A program made the translations under genes and the position numbers. Positions 21,774 to 31,845 of a DNA stretch of 64,000 nucleotides are shown piece after piece. This stretch comes from Escherichia phage vB_EcoM_G2133: sequence record MK327928.1; one strand, 5' to 3'. Position 1 is the first letter of the stretch, and each line of letters begins with the position of its first letter. A model generated the notes under the pieces. That model made no database searches. It worked only from the letters and a program-made list of their open reading frames with translations, and had not been told where the DNA came from.

Positions 21774-23542
21774 AAAAGCCACAAGAAATGCAAACGATGC
21801 GTAGAAAAGTTATTTCAGATAATAAACCAACACAGGAAGCGGCTAAATCCGCTTCCAACACTTTATCTGGACTTAATGATATATCTACGAAATTGGATGA
21901 TGCTCAAGCTGCTTCTGAATTAATAGCTCAAACTGTCGAAGAAAAATCGAATGAAATAGTTGGAGCAATTGGTAACGTAGAAAGCGCAGTGAGTGATACT
22001 ACTGCCGGTTCTGAGTTAATTGCCGAGACTGTTGAAATTGGCAATAATATCAATAAAGAAATAGGCGAATCACTCGGAAGTAAATTAGATAAATTAACAA
22101 GTTTACTAGAGCAAAAAATTCAGACAGCTGGAATTCAACAGACTGGAACTAGTTTAGCCACAGTTGAAAGCGCTATTCCTGTTAAAGTCGTTGAGGATGA
22201 TACTGCTGAATCTGTGGGTCCTTTATTACCGGCCCCTGAAGCAGTTAATAATGATCCTGACGCTGATTTTTTCCCTACCCCTCAGCCAGTTGAACCCAAA
22301 CAAGAATCGCCAGAAGAAAAACAGAAAAAAGAAGCATTTAACTTAAAATTATCTCAAGCTTTAGATAAATTAACGAAGACTGTTGATTTTGGATTTAAAA
22401 AATCCATTTCAATTACTGATAAAATATCAAGCATGTTATTTAAGTACACCATCAGTGCTGCTATTGAAGCTGCTAAAATGACTGCAATGATATTGGCTGT
22501 TGTTGTTGGAATAGACCTGTTGATGGTTCATTTTAAATACTGGTCAGATAAATTTTCAAAAGCCTGGGATTTATTTAATACTGACTTTACTAAATTCTCT
22601 AGCGAAACCGGAACATGGGGTCCTTTATTACAGAGCATCTTTGATTCTATTGATAAAATTAAACAACTTTGGGAAGCGGGAGATTGGGGTGGATTGACAG
22701 CAGCTATTGTTGAAGGACTCGGAAGTGTTCTTTTTAATTTAGGTGAACTTATTCAATTAGGTATGGCTAAATTATCTGCAGCAATTCTTCGAGTCATTCC
22801 TGGTATGAAGGATACTGCTGATGAAGTAGAAGGAAGAGCATTAGAAAATTTCCAAAATTCTACTGGAGCATCTCTCAATAAAGAAGACCAGGAAAAAGTT
22901 GCAAATTATCAAGATAAACGAATGAACGGAGACCTTGGTCCGATAGCAAAAGGATTAGATAAAATTGCTAATTGGAAAACTCGTGCATCTAATTGGATTC
23001 GTGGGGTTGATAATAAAGAAGCACTAACTACCGACGAAGAACGTGCAGCAGAAGAAGAAAAATTAAAGCAACTTTCACCTGAAGAAAGAAAAAATGCTTT
23101 AATGAAGGCTAATGAAGCCCGTGCCGCAATGATTCGCTTTGAAAAATATGCTGATTCAGCTGATATGAGTAAAGACTCAACGGTTAAATCTGTTGAATCT
23201 GCCTATGAAGACCTTAAAAAACGGATGGATGACCCGGATTTAAATAATTCACCGGCAGTTAAAAAAGAACTTGCTGCTAGATTTTCTAAAATTGATGCTA
23301 CTTATCAAGAGCTCAAGAAAAATCAGCCTAATGCCAAACCTGAAACTTCTGCTAAATCGCCAGAAGCAAAACAAGTCCAGGTAATAGAAAAGAACAAAGC
23401 ACAGCAAGCTCCTGTTCAACAAGCATCTCCTTCAATCAATAATACTAATAATGTTATTAAGAAAAATACTGTCGTTCATAATATGACACCTGTCACAAGC
23501 ACAACTGCTCCTGGTGTATTTGATGCGACTGGGGTTAATTAA
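21770..23542 (+). CDS. 29: baseplate hub subunit / tail length determinator
   Basis: 590 aa as in T4 gp29; internal transmembrane-like hydrophobic helix. Confidence 0.92.
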   Translation: MKKPQEMQTMRRKVISDNKPTQEAAKSASNTLSGLNDISTKLDDAQAASELIAQTVEEKSNEIVGAIGNVESAVSDTTAGSELIAETVEIGNNINKEIGESLGSKLDKLTSLLEQKIQTAGIQQTGTSLATVESAIPVKVVEDDTAESVGPLLPAPEAVNNDPDADFFPTPQPVEPKQESPEEKQKKEAFNLKLSQALDKLTKTVDFGFKKSISITDKISSMLFKYTISAAIEAAKMTAMILAVVVGIDLLMVHFKYWSDKFSKAWDLFNTDFTKFSSETGTWGPLLQSIFDSIDKIKQLWEAGDWGGLTAAIVEGLGSVLFNLGELIQLGMAKLSAAILRVIPGMKDTADEVEGRALENFQNSTGASLNKEDQEKVANYQDKRMNGDLGPIAKGLDKIANWKTRASNWIRGVDNKEALTTDEERAAEEEKLKQLSPEERKNALMKANEARAAMIRFEKYADSADMSKDSTVKSVESAYEDLKKRMDDPDLNNSPAVKKELAARFSKIDATYQELKKNQPNAKPETSAKSPEAKQVQVIEKNKAQQAPVQQASPSINNTNNVIKKNTVVHNMTPVTSTTAPGVFDATGVN

Positions 23543-23550
23543 GGAATAAT

Positions 23551-24645
23551 ATGGCAATTGTTAAAGAAATAACTGCTGATTTAATTAAAAAGTCCGGTGA
23601 GAAAATTTCAGCCGGACAGAGTACTAAATCAGAAGTAGGAACTAAAACATACACAGCCCAGTTTCCAACTGGGCGTGCTAGTGGTAATGACACTACAGGG
23701 GACTTCCAGGTAACAGATCTATATAAGAATGGATTATTATTTACTGCATACAATATGTCATCTAGGGATTCTGGAAGTCTTAGATCGATGAGATCTAACT
23801 ACTCTTCTTCATCTTCGAGTATTTTACGTACAGCCAGAAACACTATCAGTAATACAGTATCAAAACTGTCAAATGGATTAATATCAGATAATAATTCAGG
23901 AACAATAAGTAAAGCCCCTGTTGCAAATATTCTTTTACCAAGATCTAAATCCGATGTTGATACATCATCACATAGATTTAATGATGTTCAAGAAAGTCTT
24001 ATCAGCAGAGGCGGAGGTACTGCTACTGGTGTGCTAAGTAATATTGCTTCAACTGCAGTATTTGGAGCACTGGAAAGTATAACACAAGGTATAATGGCTG
24101 ATAATAATGAACAAATATACACTACGGCTCGAAGTATGTATGGTGGTGCTGAAAATAGAACTAAAGTGTTTACTTGGGATTTGACTCCACGTTCAACAGA
24201 AGATTTAATGGCTATTATTAATATCTATCAATATTTTAACTATTTTTCTTATGGTGAAACTGGTAAATCTCAATATGCTGCTGAAATAAAGGGGTATTTA
24301 GATGATTGGTATCGTTCTACGTTAATTGAACCTTTATCTCCGGAAGACGCAGCTAAAAATAAAACACTATTTGAGAAAATGACATCGAGTTTAACTAACG
24401 TTCTAGTAGTTTCAAACCCGACAATTTGGATGGTGAAAAACTTTGGTGCAACATCTAAGTTTGATGGAAAAACGGAAATATTTGGCCCATGCCAAATACA
24501 AAGCATCAGATTTGATAAAACACCTAATGGTAACTTTAACGGATTAGCTATTGCTCCAAACCTCCCTAGTACATTTACTCTTGAGATTACTATGAGAGAA
24601 ATTATCACGTTAAACCGTGCTTCTTTATATGCGGGGACTTTTTAA
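23551..24645 (+). CDS. 48: baseplate tail tube cap
   Basis: 364 aa as in T4 gp48. Confidence 0.92.
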   Translation: MAIVKEITADLIKKSGEKISAGQSTKSEVGTKTYTAQFPTGRASGNDTTGDFQVTDLYKNGLLFTAYNMSSRDSGSLRSMRSNYSSSSSSILRTARNTISNTVSKLSNGLISDNNSGTISKAPVANILLPRSKSDVDTSSHRFNDVQESLISRGGGTATGVLSNIASTAVFGALESITQGIMADNNEQIYTTARSMYGGAENRTKVFTWDLTPRSTEDLMAIINIYQYFNYFSYGETGKSQYAAEIKGYLDDWYRSTLIEPLSPEDAAKNKTLFEKMTSSLTNVLVVSNPTIWMVKNFGATSKFDGKTEIFGPCQIQSIRFDKTPNGNFNGLAIAPNLPSTFTLEITMREIITLNRASLYAGTF

Positions 24646-25610
24646 TGTATTCTTTAGAGGAATTTAATAATCAAGCAATAAACGCAGATTTCCAACGTAA
24701 TAATATGTTTAGCTGCGTTTTTGCGACAACTCCATCAACTAAAAGCTCTTCGTTGATAAGTTCAATTAGCAACTTTTCTTATAATAACTTGGGCCTAAAT
24801 TCAGATTGGTTAGGATTGACTCAAGGTGATATTAATCAGGGAATTACCACGCTAATTACTGCTGGCACACAAAAACTGATAAGAAAATCAGGGGTTAGTA
24901 AATATCTTATTGGTGCCATGAGTCAACGTACAGTTCAAAGTTTATTAGGCTCATTTACAGTTGGTACATATTTAATTGACTTCTTTAACATGGCATATAA
25001 CTCATCTGGATTGATGATATACTCTGTAAAAATGCCAGAGAATAGATTATCCTATGAAACTGACTGGAACTACAATTCTCCTAATATTCGCATAACCGGG
25101 AGAGAATTAGACCCTTTGGTTATTTCATTTAGAATGGATTCAGAAGCTTGTAACTATCGTGCAATGCAAGACTGGGTTAACTCCGTTCAAGACCCAGTAA
25201 CTGGATTACGCGCTTTGCCACAGGATGTCGAGGCAGATATTCAGGTTAATCTTCATTCTCGTAATGGATTGCCTCATACTGCGGTGATGTTCACTGGATG
25301 CATTCCAATATCAGTGAGCGCTCCTGAGTTATCATATGATGGAGATAACCAAATAACTACATTTGACGTTACTTTTGCGTATAGAGTGATGCAGGCTGGA
25401 GCAGTTGATAGGCAAGCTGCGCTTGAATGGCTTGAATCTGCTGCTATAAATGGTATTCAAAGCGTTCTCGGAAATAGTGGAGGTGTTACTGGACTATCTA
25501 ATTCGCTTTCACGACTCAGTAGATTAGGGGGAACTGCAGGAAGCATTTCAAACATTAATACTATGACAGGAATTGTCAATTCGCAAAGTAAAATATTAGG
25601 AGCAATATAA
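24645..25610 (+). CDS. 54: baseplate tail tube initiator
   Basis: 321 aa; synteny. Confidence 0.92.
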   Translation: MYSLEEFNNQAINADFQRNNMFSCVFATTPSTKSSSLISSISNFSYNNLGLNSDWLGLTQGDINQGITTLITAGTQKLIRKSGVSKYLIGAMSQRTVQSLLGSFTVGTYLIDFFNMAYNSSGLMIYSVKMPENRLSYETDWNYNSPNIRITGRELDPLVISFRMDSEACNYRAMQDWVNSVQDPVTGLRALPQDVEADIQVNLHSRNGLPHTAVMFTGCIPISVSAPELSYDGDNQITTFDVTFAYRVMQAGAVDRQAALEWLESAAINGIQSVLGNSGGVTGLSNSLSRLSRLGGTAGSISNINTMTGIVNSQSKILGAI

Positions 25611-25614
25611 CAAT

Positions 25615-25632
25615 GGGGACCTTTCGGTCCCC
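25615..25632. terminator. bidirectional terminator between convergent gene 54 and minus-strand alt block
   Basis: GGGGACC-tttc-GGTCCCC hairpin followed by T-rich run. Confidence 0.65.
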
Positions 25633-25638
25633 ATATTT

Positions 25639-25929
25639 TTATTTACGGAATGAAATAAAAGCAGCAACTGAAGCAACTAAACTGTCTTCAATATAAACCT
25701 CAATTTTTACCGGAGCTTCTGACTCAAATTTACCTGTTACTACACCTTGGAAAATACTTTCAGTCTGTTCTGGCTTTGAAAAATTTTCAGAAGGAAAAAT
25801 TCCGAACTTTTTATCTGTTCCAAAAATTTTGATAAATTCATCGTAAACTGCTTCATTAAAAGCATTATCAGCAGGAATAACGCCTTCAACTACAAGTTCT
25901 TGACCTAAAAAGCGCAAAGAAGATTTCAT
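25639..25929 (-). CDS. hypothetical protein, early-promoter driven
   Basis: 96 aa ORF with SD GAGG; preceded by a sigma70-like early promoter (repeat copy 1). Confidence 0.6.
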   Translation of the reverse strand: MKSSLRFLGQELVVEGVIPADNAFNEAVYDEFIKIFGTDKKFGIFPSENFSKPEQTESIFQGVVTGKFESEAPVKIEVYIEDSLVASVAAFISFRK

Positions 25930-25960
25930 TTTGTGTTCCTCATGTTATGCCAGTAAGACT

Positions 25961-25990
25961 ACTATAACACAACACGAGGGACTTGTAAAC
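25961..25990 (-). promoter_or_regulatory. T4 early-type promoter (-35 GTTTAC, 18-nt spacer, -10 TATAGT), copy 1 of 53-bp cassette 25938..25990
   Basis: -35 box overlaps alt-paralog stop codon; 51 of 53 nt identical with 41127..41179. Confidence 0.5.
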
Positions 25991-28047
25991 TACATTTTGA
26001 ACTTTTTAGACATTCCGTTGATGTTAACCAAAGAAGCCAAGATTTGAGAAACTTCGTTTTCCTCTTCTTTTGATTCTTCTACAAGGAATTGATTAAATCC
26101 AGCCATTGGACGAACTTCACCAGTTTCCATTAGATGGTCGCCATCATATACCGATTCCTCTAATTGTTCAGAAGGAGGAACGATTGTACCTTCTATTAGA
26201 TACTTGTTATAAGCAGTTTCTTTCATAAAGTACGTACTTACTTTATTAATCTTCAGTAAAATTCCGCGCGGTAGAATAACTTCAGCTTCTGATGGAAATC
26301 CTGATAAATGACCTGGAACGATAACTTTGATTCGCTCAGCTCCTTTAATTACCATACCCACGCTAGTTTCAGCATCTTCATTAGCATATGTAGAATGACT
26401 ACCCATATGCATCAAATCTTCTGCATCAACGGAACCTTCTCCTTCACCAGAAAATACTGCGCCGGAATCATCTAGAGCCATATAGTTTTTACCATGCTCA
26501 CCGAAGATATTTGGTTTAAGCGATGTGGATACGAAGTTCTTGAAATAGAACATTTTATTTTCAATGTTATGACGCAAAGTTTTAAAGGTAACTTCTTGCC
26601 CACGATAAAGAGTAGTTCCTGGAGGAAGAACAGAACCTTTAGCAAATGCAGAATCCAACGTCTCGATGTGTTTAATAGCTCGTTCCATATATTCTTCACG
26701 GGTAGAATCAGGTTTACCTAAAAGGAACGAGTTCATTTCAACATATGAATCTGCACAATAATCTTCAATTACATCAGATTCAGCTTGAGTTAATCCTTTT
26801 GGAGTTACTTCGGTGCTTGCGTATTCATATGCCTGAGCGGCAGATTCATTAATCAATTTATAAATGCCATTCATTACAAATTGAATAATAGCTGTCTTTT
26901 CATCTGGCGTAGCTTTAGAACCTTTAACCAAATCATTGATAATTTTCTTAATAACATCAAAGCTATTAGAAATATTAATGTCAGCAAGATCGCTTAAAAT
27001 TTTATCAGTTTTATAATCAAAGAATTCTTTATTCTTTAAATATTCTTGAGAACCTTGATATGTTATATCGCTCTGCAACTTGATAGATGGATCACGTAAA
27101 CGTGCATGGGCTAATGCAATATGATTTCGGAAGTTTTCTAGTTCGTAATCGCTAGATTTAAAACGAGAAGCACTTCTCATACCACCAATAGCTCCTTTGC
27201 TGAAGTTTGAACCAATCTGAATAACGCCAGAGTTCATTGGTCCTTCTGCTTTATACACCGGAACTTTAAATTCAAACTCTTGATATTTCTTAGCAGCGAA
27301 GCTATCACCCTGAAGTGAAGCATCGACAGTAGAATATTGAGCTTGTGCTGCTAATCGACGACTAATTTTAGTTTTCTGAATAACAGCTTGATCAGTGCGC
27401 TTATCATTTTCTAAAGCAATAGAAGCAGCAACAGCGACAGCTTTAGGAACAGCATTACCTGTTTTAACGTCTACATAAACATCACCAACCTTTGATTCAA
27501 CTTTTGTGAATAACTCAGTTGAAATAGGAGGTACACCTGGAATGTCTTCTAAATTGGCATTTTTACGGTAAACCATAATATATGCATATTTCTTATCAAA
27601 GTCCCAGATTTCCTTTAAAAGAACATATCGACCTGCTCCTTTAGTACGTACTAAACGGTCAGCAATAACTTGCATTTGACGAGCAGCGCCATTTGTTTTA
27701 CTCTTTAGTACGCGAAATAAGCATGCATCAATTTTATACTGTTTCATTGTTTGAAGAGCAGTATCAAAAACAGCATTAATGACGCCAATTGGATTTCCAC
27801 CCAAGTTTTTAAGCTTAACTAACGATAATTTCTCGTTGACACCTATCATTACGATATGCATCATTTTATCGCCTGGCTTAACGTTTTTATTCGTATCACC
27901 GCCAGAGGTGTATGTACAAAATCTAAATCCAGGAAGCACGCTTTCTTCACCGGCTTGAATAGCAAAAATTTGTGGTATTTTATGCTTAGGATTTAAGTTA
28001 ACAACCGGCGCCGAAGCGCCGTCAAATAATTCTGTAATAAGTTCCAT
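25990..28047 (-). CDS. Alt-like ADP-ribosyltransferase paralog (full length)
   Basis: 685 aa; N-terminal ~190 aa highly similar to adjacent alt; ART motifs Y-R482-GQ, S507-T-S, E587-A-E589; start 3 nt after alt stop. Confidence 0.85.
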   Translation of the reverse strand: MELITELFDGASAPVVNLNPKHKIPQIFAIQAGEESVLPGFRFCTYTSGGDTNKNVKPGDKMMHIVMIGVNEKLSLVKLKNLGGNPIGVINAVFDTALQTMKQYKIDACLFRVLKSKTNGAARQMQVIADRLVRTKGAGRYVLLKEIWDFDKKYAYIMVYRKNANLEDIPGVPPISTELFTKVESKVGDVYVDVKTGNAVPKAVAVAASIALENDKRTDQAVIQKTKISRRLAAQAQYSTVDASLQGDSFAAKKYQEFEFKVPVYKAEGPMNSGVIQIGSNFSKGAIGGMRSASRFKSSDYELENFRNHIALAHARLRDPSIKLQSDITYQGSQEYLKNKEFFDYKTDKILSDLADINISNSFDVIKKIINDLVKGSKATPDEKTAIIQFVMNGIYKLINESAAQAYEYASTEVTPKGLTQAESDVIEDYCADSYVEMNSFLLGKPDSTREEYMERAIKHIETLDSAFAKGSVLPPGTTLYRGQEVTFKTLRHNIENKMFYFKNFVSTSLKPNIFGEHGKNYMALDDSGAVFSGEGEGSVDAEDLMHMGSHSTYANEDAETSVGMVIKGAERIKVIVPGHLSGFPSEAEVILPRGILLKINKVSTYFMKETAYNKYLIEGTIVPPSEQLEESVYDGDHLMETGEVRPMAGFNQFLVEESKEEENEVSQILASLVNINGMSKKFKM

Positions 28048-28050
28048 GAT

Positions 28051-30144
28051 TTATCCTTGAACGAACTTGTAAGGCATGTTTGTAATATCTATGCAAGACG
28101 CAATAATTCCAAGAGATGATTCTACTTTCTGTTTAACGTTTGATGAAACAAATGATGCAAAGTCAACTCTGTCTTCTATTTCAATATCACCTGTCATTGC
28201 AACCAATTCACCAGTTTCCATTAAATGGTCTCCATCATAGATTACCGATTCGGTGAGCTCTTCCGTGGTCATAACTTCAGCTTGAATGAGTTTTGTATTA
28301 TTAGATGTTGTTCCGTCATTATTAGAAGCATCAGTTATTTTATTAACTTTGACCATCAATCCACGCGGTAGAATAACTTCAGCTTCTGTTGCTATTCCGA
28401 GACTTCCTGGATATACAACATTAACTTTATGAGCTCCATCAATTGCCCATCCTATTTGAACTTTAACGTATTCAGGATTTTCTTTATACGCTCTTATTTC
28501 GTTTGGATTAATAGTTATTCCTTCTTCATTTTTATCAACTGTTAATTCATTGCGAGCTTCTGGTTCTAAAAGACCAATACCAGCATGTGTAATTCCAAAA
28601 CGTCCAAAAATGATAGGAGTTAAAGAAGTAGATACAAAATTTCTGAAGTAGAACACTTTATTTTTAACTAACGCTTCATATATAGGAGCAGTCATACTTT
28701 GAGCACGATAAACTGTAATGCCTTCTGGTATACGGTCACCATTTTCAAAAGCTGAATCTAAGTTATTTATAGCAGATTCAATTTCTTTTTCACTCATTAC
28801 ATCATATCGTTCTGGATTGTAACGACCTAAAAGAAGATTATTGATGTCAGTATATCCTGAACCGCAATATTCTCTAATGCCACGCTTTTGTGATGGAGTA
28901 TATTTAGAACCATCGCGGGCAATAGTAATATCAATCATTGGACCAGCACCAATTCCAGAAAAACTGTAAATCATTCGTTTGAGGAATTTAGTTTTTGCTG
29001 CGTTCCAGGAATTTTTAGTTATTTCTTCCCAGACTTCATCTGGTTGTCCTTTACGATTTTTATTATGATTAGCAAGCCATTTATCTTTATAATCTTCAAA
29101 GAATTGATTTACAGCTGCTGCGTATTTCTCTAAACATTTTATTGAAGTAGTTGGTTCATTTTTAATTGCATTAAAAATTACTTCTTTAATTTTTTCTGAA
29201 ACTTCACCGACTTGACTCATTGGAAAGAATTTATAATCATAGTGAAGTTCATCTGCCGTTCCTTCAGCAATAATTTTTGCTGCCTTTGTTTTAGAAGCTA
29301 ATGAATTAATTCCAATTTTCATTTCTTCTGCTTCGGGAATTAAAGGAGCGGTAGCAGGTTTATTGAAATTAGCTGCGGTAGATTCATACTTCTGGAATAA
29401 TTCACTTTCAAATCTAGAAGATTCCAACGACTGACTTTGCGCAATTGCTCTACGTGAAATTTTAACTTTAACGATTACCGCTTGGTCAGAACGTTTATCA
29501 TTTTCTTGCGCAATAGATGCTGCAATTGCCTCATTTTTAGTTACTTGGGCTCCAGTATCTTTATTGATATAAACATCACCGACTTTCGATTCAACTTTAG
29601 TAAAGAGCTCGGTACTAATTTCCGGAACTCCTGGAATGTCTTCTAATGATACATTTTTGCGATGTATAAGAATATATGCATACTTTTTATCATAATCCCA
29701 GAGTTCCTTAAGAAGGACGTATCTGCCACCTGAACGACTACGGATAAGTCTATCAGCAATAAGTTGAATTTGACGAGCTTGACCAGCAGTTTTAGACTTA
29801 AGAATACGGAGCATACATGCATCAATTTTATACTGACGCATCGTCTGCATCGCAACAGTAAAAACTGAATTGATGTAATTAATTGGGCTTGGACCGAGAC
29901 CCTTTAATTTAGCAATTGAACCTTTAGCAGTTAATGTAAAAGGAACAATATGCATCATTTTATCGCCCATTTTTAAATCGCGATTAGTATCACCTCCAGA
30001 TGTATAGGTACATAAACGAAAACCTGGTTGTTCAATTGCGTCATCAACATGAACTGAAAAAATTTGCGGTATTTTCTTCTTTGGATTTAAGTTTGTAATC
30101 GGAAGAGTAGTATCTTCGTCAAATAATTCTGTAATGAGTTCCAT
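28051..30144 (-). CDS. alt: Alt ADP-ribosyltransferase (capsid-packaged)
   Basis: track ORF 28051..30147 begins MM, second Met used; MELITELFDEDTTLPITNL...; R-S-E ART motifs (YRAQ, STS, EAEVILPRG). Confidence 0.88.
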   Translation of the reverse strand: MELITELFDEDTTLPITNLNPKKKIPQIFSVHVDDAIEQPGFRLCTYTSGGDTNRDLKMGDKMMHIVPFTLTAKGSIAKLKGLGPSPINYINSVFTVAMQTMRQYKIDACMLRILKSKTAGQARQIQLIADRLIRSRSGGRYVLLKELWDYDKKYAYILIHRKNVSLEDIPGVPEISTELFTKVESKVGDVYINKDTGAQVTKNEAIAASIAQENDKRSDQAVIVKVKISRRAIAQSQSLESSRFESELFQKYESTAANFNKPATAPLIPEAEEMKIGINSLASKTKAAKIIAEGTADELHYDYKFFPMSQVGEVSEKIKEVIFNAIKNEPTTSIKCLEKYAAAVNQFFEDYKDKWLANHNKNRKGQPDEVWEEITKNSWNAAKTKFLKRMIYSFSGIGAGPMIDITIARDGSKYTPSQKRGIREYCGSGYTDINNLLLGRYNPERYDVMSEKEIESAINNLDSAFENGDRIPEGITVYRAQSMTAPIYEALVKNKVFYFRNFVSTSLTPIIFGRFGITHAGIGLLEPEARNELTVDKNEEGITINPNEIRAYKENPEYVKVQIGWAIDGAHKVNVVYPGSLGIATEAEVILPRGLMVKVNKITDASNNDGTTSNNTKLIQAEVMTTEELTESVIYDGDHLMETGELVAMTGDIEIEDRVDFASFVSSNVKQKVESSLGIIASCIDITNMPYKFVQG

Positions 30145-30167
30145 CATATCCTCTCTAGTGTTTATTC

Positions 30168-30175
30168 TATTTATA
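30168..30175 (-). promoter_or_regulatory. late promoter box TATAAATA for alt
   Basis: reverse complement of TATTTATA about 20 nt upstream of alt ATG, after hairpin 30181..30198. Confidence 0.55.
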
Positions 30176-30196
30176 AAATTAAAGGCCCGAAGGCCT

Positions 30197-30385
30197 TTAA
30201 TAATCTATTGGTAAGAGAGTACGATATATTTCAAACTTTGGACCTTTTTCATAGGTATCAAATGTTTCTGTGAATTTATTATAAGCATATGCATCTATAA
30301 ATTCAATCATAATTTGTGATACAGAAGTAGAAACATCTCCACCTTCTTTTTGAGCCACGACAATTGTTTCTAAGTAAGCTTTCAT
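30197..30385 (-). CDS. hypothetical small protein coupled to DNA ligase
   Basis: 62 aa; ATG overlaps gene 30 stop (ATGA); followed by hairpin AAAGGCC-cgaa-GGCCTTT. Confidence 0.5.
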   Translation of the reverse strand: MKAYLETIVVAQKEGGDVSTSVSQIMIEFIDAYAYNKFTETFDTYEKGPKFEIYRTLLPIDY

Positions 30386-31845
30386 AGACCAGTTACCTCA
30401 TGAAAATCACCAAATACATCCTCGAATGTATTAGCTTTAGTTTTATCTTCACGCAAACGAATCGCAATCGGAAGAAATAATTTAACGTAATCAGTGCGGC
30501 CATCAGATTTTAACCAACCGTTGCATTCGCACTCTAGAATTTTTCCAATATAATAATTTTGGTTTTCCATAATGCGAGTACGGTCAAGTTCATGCGATTT
30601 TACACCGGCTTTATCTTTTAAGCCTGAACCAGCATTTACTTTAATTTTTCCACACTCTGATTCAAGAATGAAACCACCTGCTTTAGTAGGGTCTTTACGG
30701 TGAGGATAAATTCCTACAATTTTTAAATCAACATCAATTACTTCTTTAAATTTATAAAGATTTTTTGAACGAGCATTTTCCCATAATCCATCGATATTTT
30801 TGAGAATAATACCTTCAAGACCTTGGTCAATATACTTTTTGTAAATTACCTTAGCTTCATCTAGGTTATTTACTACTTGGTTTTCAATTAAAATTACTTT
30901 ATCATAGCCTGATGTCATTTGTTCTAGTTTAGAAAAACGTACATCATATTTTAAACGAAATGCTGGAAGACCATATATTTCTACTAATGGAACATAATCC
31001 CAGACCTGAAACTTCATGCATTGTGCTTCTTTTTCAGAAATGGTTCCCTTTAAAGATTTATTGGCGATGCCATTAGATGCAGTACGTGATTCAGCTACTT
31101 CGGCGAATTCTTTAGCTTTACTAATTTCAGGATAAGCATCAAAAAGAAAATCTAGGCCTTCTGGTTCCTTTTCAACTTGCTCATGGTATACCAATTCGCC
31201 ATCAATTAACACACCTTCTGGATGAATCTGGCGGGCTTCAGCAGTCATTTTGATTAACTCTTCCTTAAGAAGATCTAATCCTAGATATTCATTGCCAGCT
31301 CGTGATAAAAGACGAACATCATCTAATTCATCACCTCTGACTTCGGCAAAGCACCGAGCTCCATCAGCTTTTAACTGGGCAAAGGCTGGAAATTTGATAT
31401 TCTTATTAATGCCTTTTTCATCATAAGAACTTGCAAGCATTTGAGGTTGTTCAGGAATTAAACCTGGCCAAACTTTGTTCGCAATAGATACTGAAGCGCC
31501 ACATTCAAGGTCTCGCATCATCACTCGACGCAAAACTTCAACATCATCTTTTTTACCATCGGTGATGTATCCAATTAATTCCTCAATCGCCGCATTTCCA
31601 GTCAATTTCCGAGTAGCTAACGTGAATTCAATGAAGTCAAGCATATCGGTAAGAGTCAACATTCCAAAACTCTGGGTAGCAATACCAGGTTTAGGCCATT
31701 TCTTGATATAATACTGTAACCCACGAGAATAAGTCAGACGATATACTCGTTTAAGCAATTCATTATCTTTATTCTTTTCAAGAATTGCTTGCTTCTGCTT
31801 AGTTGAACCAATAGATGCTATTTCGTTCAGAATTTTAAGAATCAT
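30382..31845 (-). CDS. 30: ATP-dependent DNA ligase
   Basis: 487 aa as in T4 DNA ligase; adenylation motif KADGAR. Confidence 0.95.
   Translation of the reverse strand: MILKILNEIASIGSTKQKQAILEKNKDNELLKRVYRLTYSRGLQYYIKKWPKPGIATQSFGMLTLTDMLDFIEFTLATRKLTGNAAIEELIGYITDGKKDDVEVLRRVMMRDLECGASVSIANKVWPGLIPEQPQMLASSYDEKGINKNIKFPAFAQLKADGARCFAEVRGDELDDVRLLSRAGNEYLGLDLLKEELIKMTAEARQIHPEGVLIDGELVYHEQVEKEPEGLDFLFDAYPEISKAKEFAEVAESRTASNGIANKSLKGTISEKEAQCMKFQVWDYVPLVEIYGLPAFRLKYDVRFSKLEQMTSGYDKVILIENQVVNNLDEAKVIYKKYIDQGLEGIILKNIDGLWENARSKNLYKFKEVIDVDLKIVGIYPHRKDPTKAGGFILESECGKIKVNAGSGLKDKAGVKSHELDRTRIMENQNYYIGKILECECNGWLKSDGRTDYVKLFLPIAIRLREDKTKANTFEDVFGDFHEVTGL

Noticed and set aside
26472-26721. Two overlapping 75-aa ORFs on opposite strands inside the alt paralog
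   Set aside because: Embedded in a 685-codon ORF with clear ART motifs; no promoter or SD; chance ORFs.
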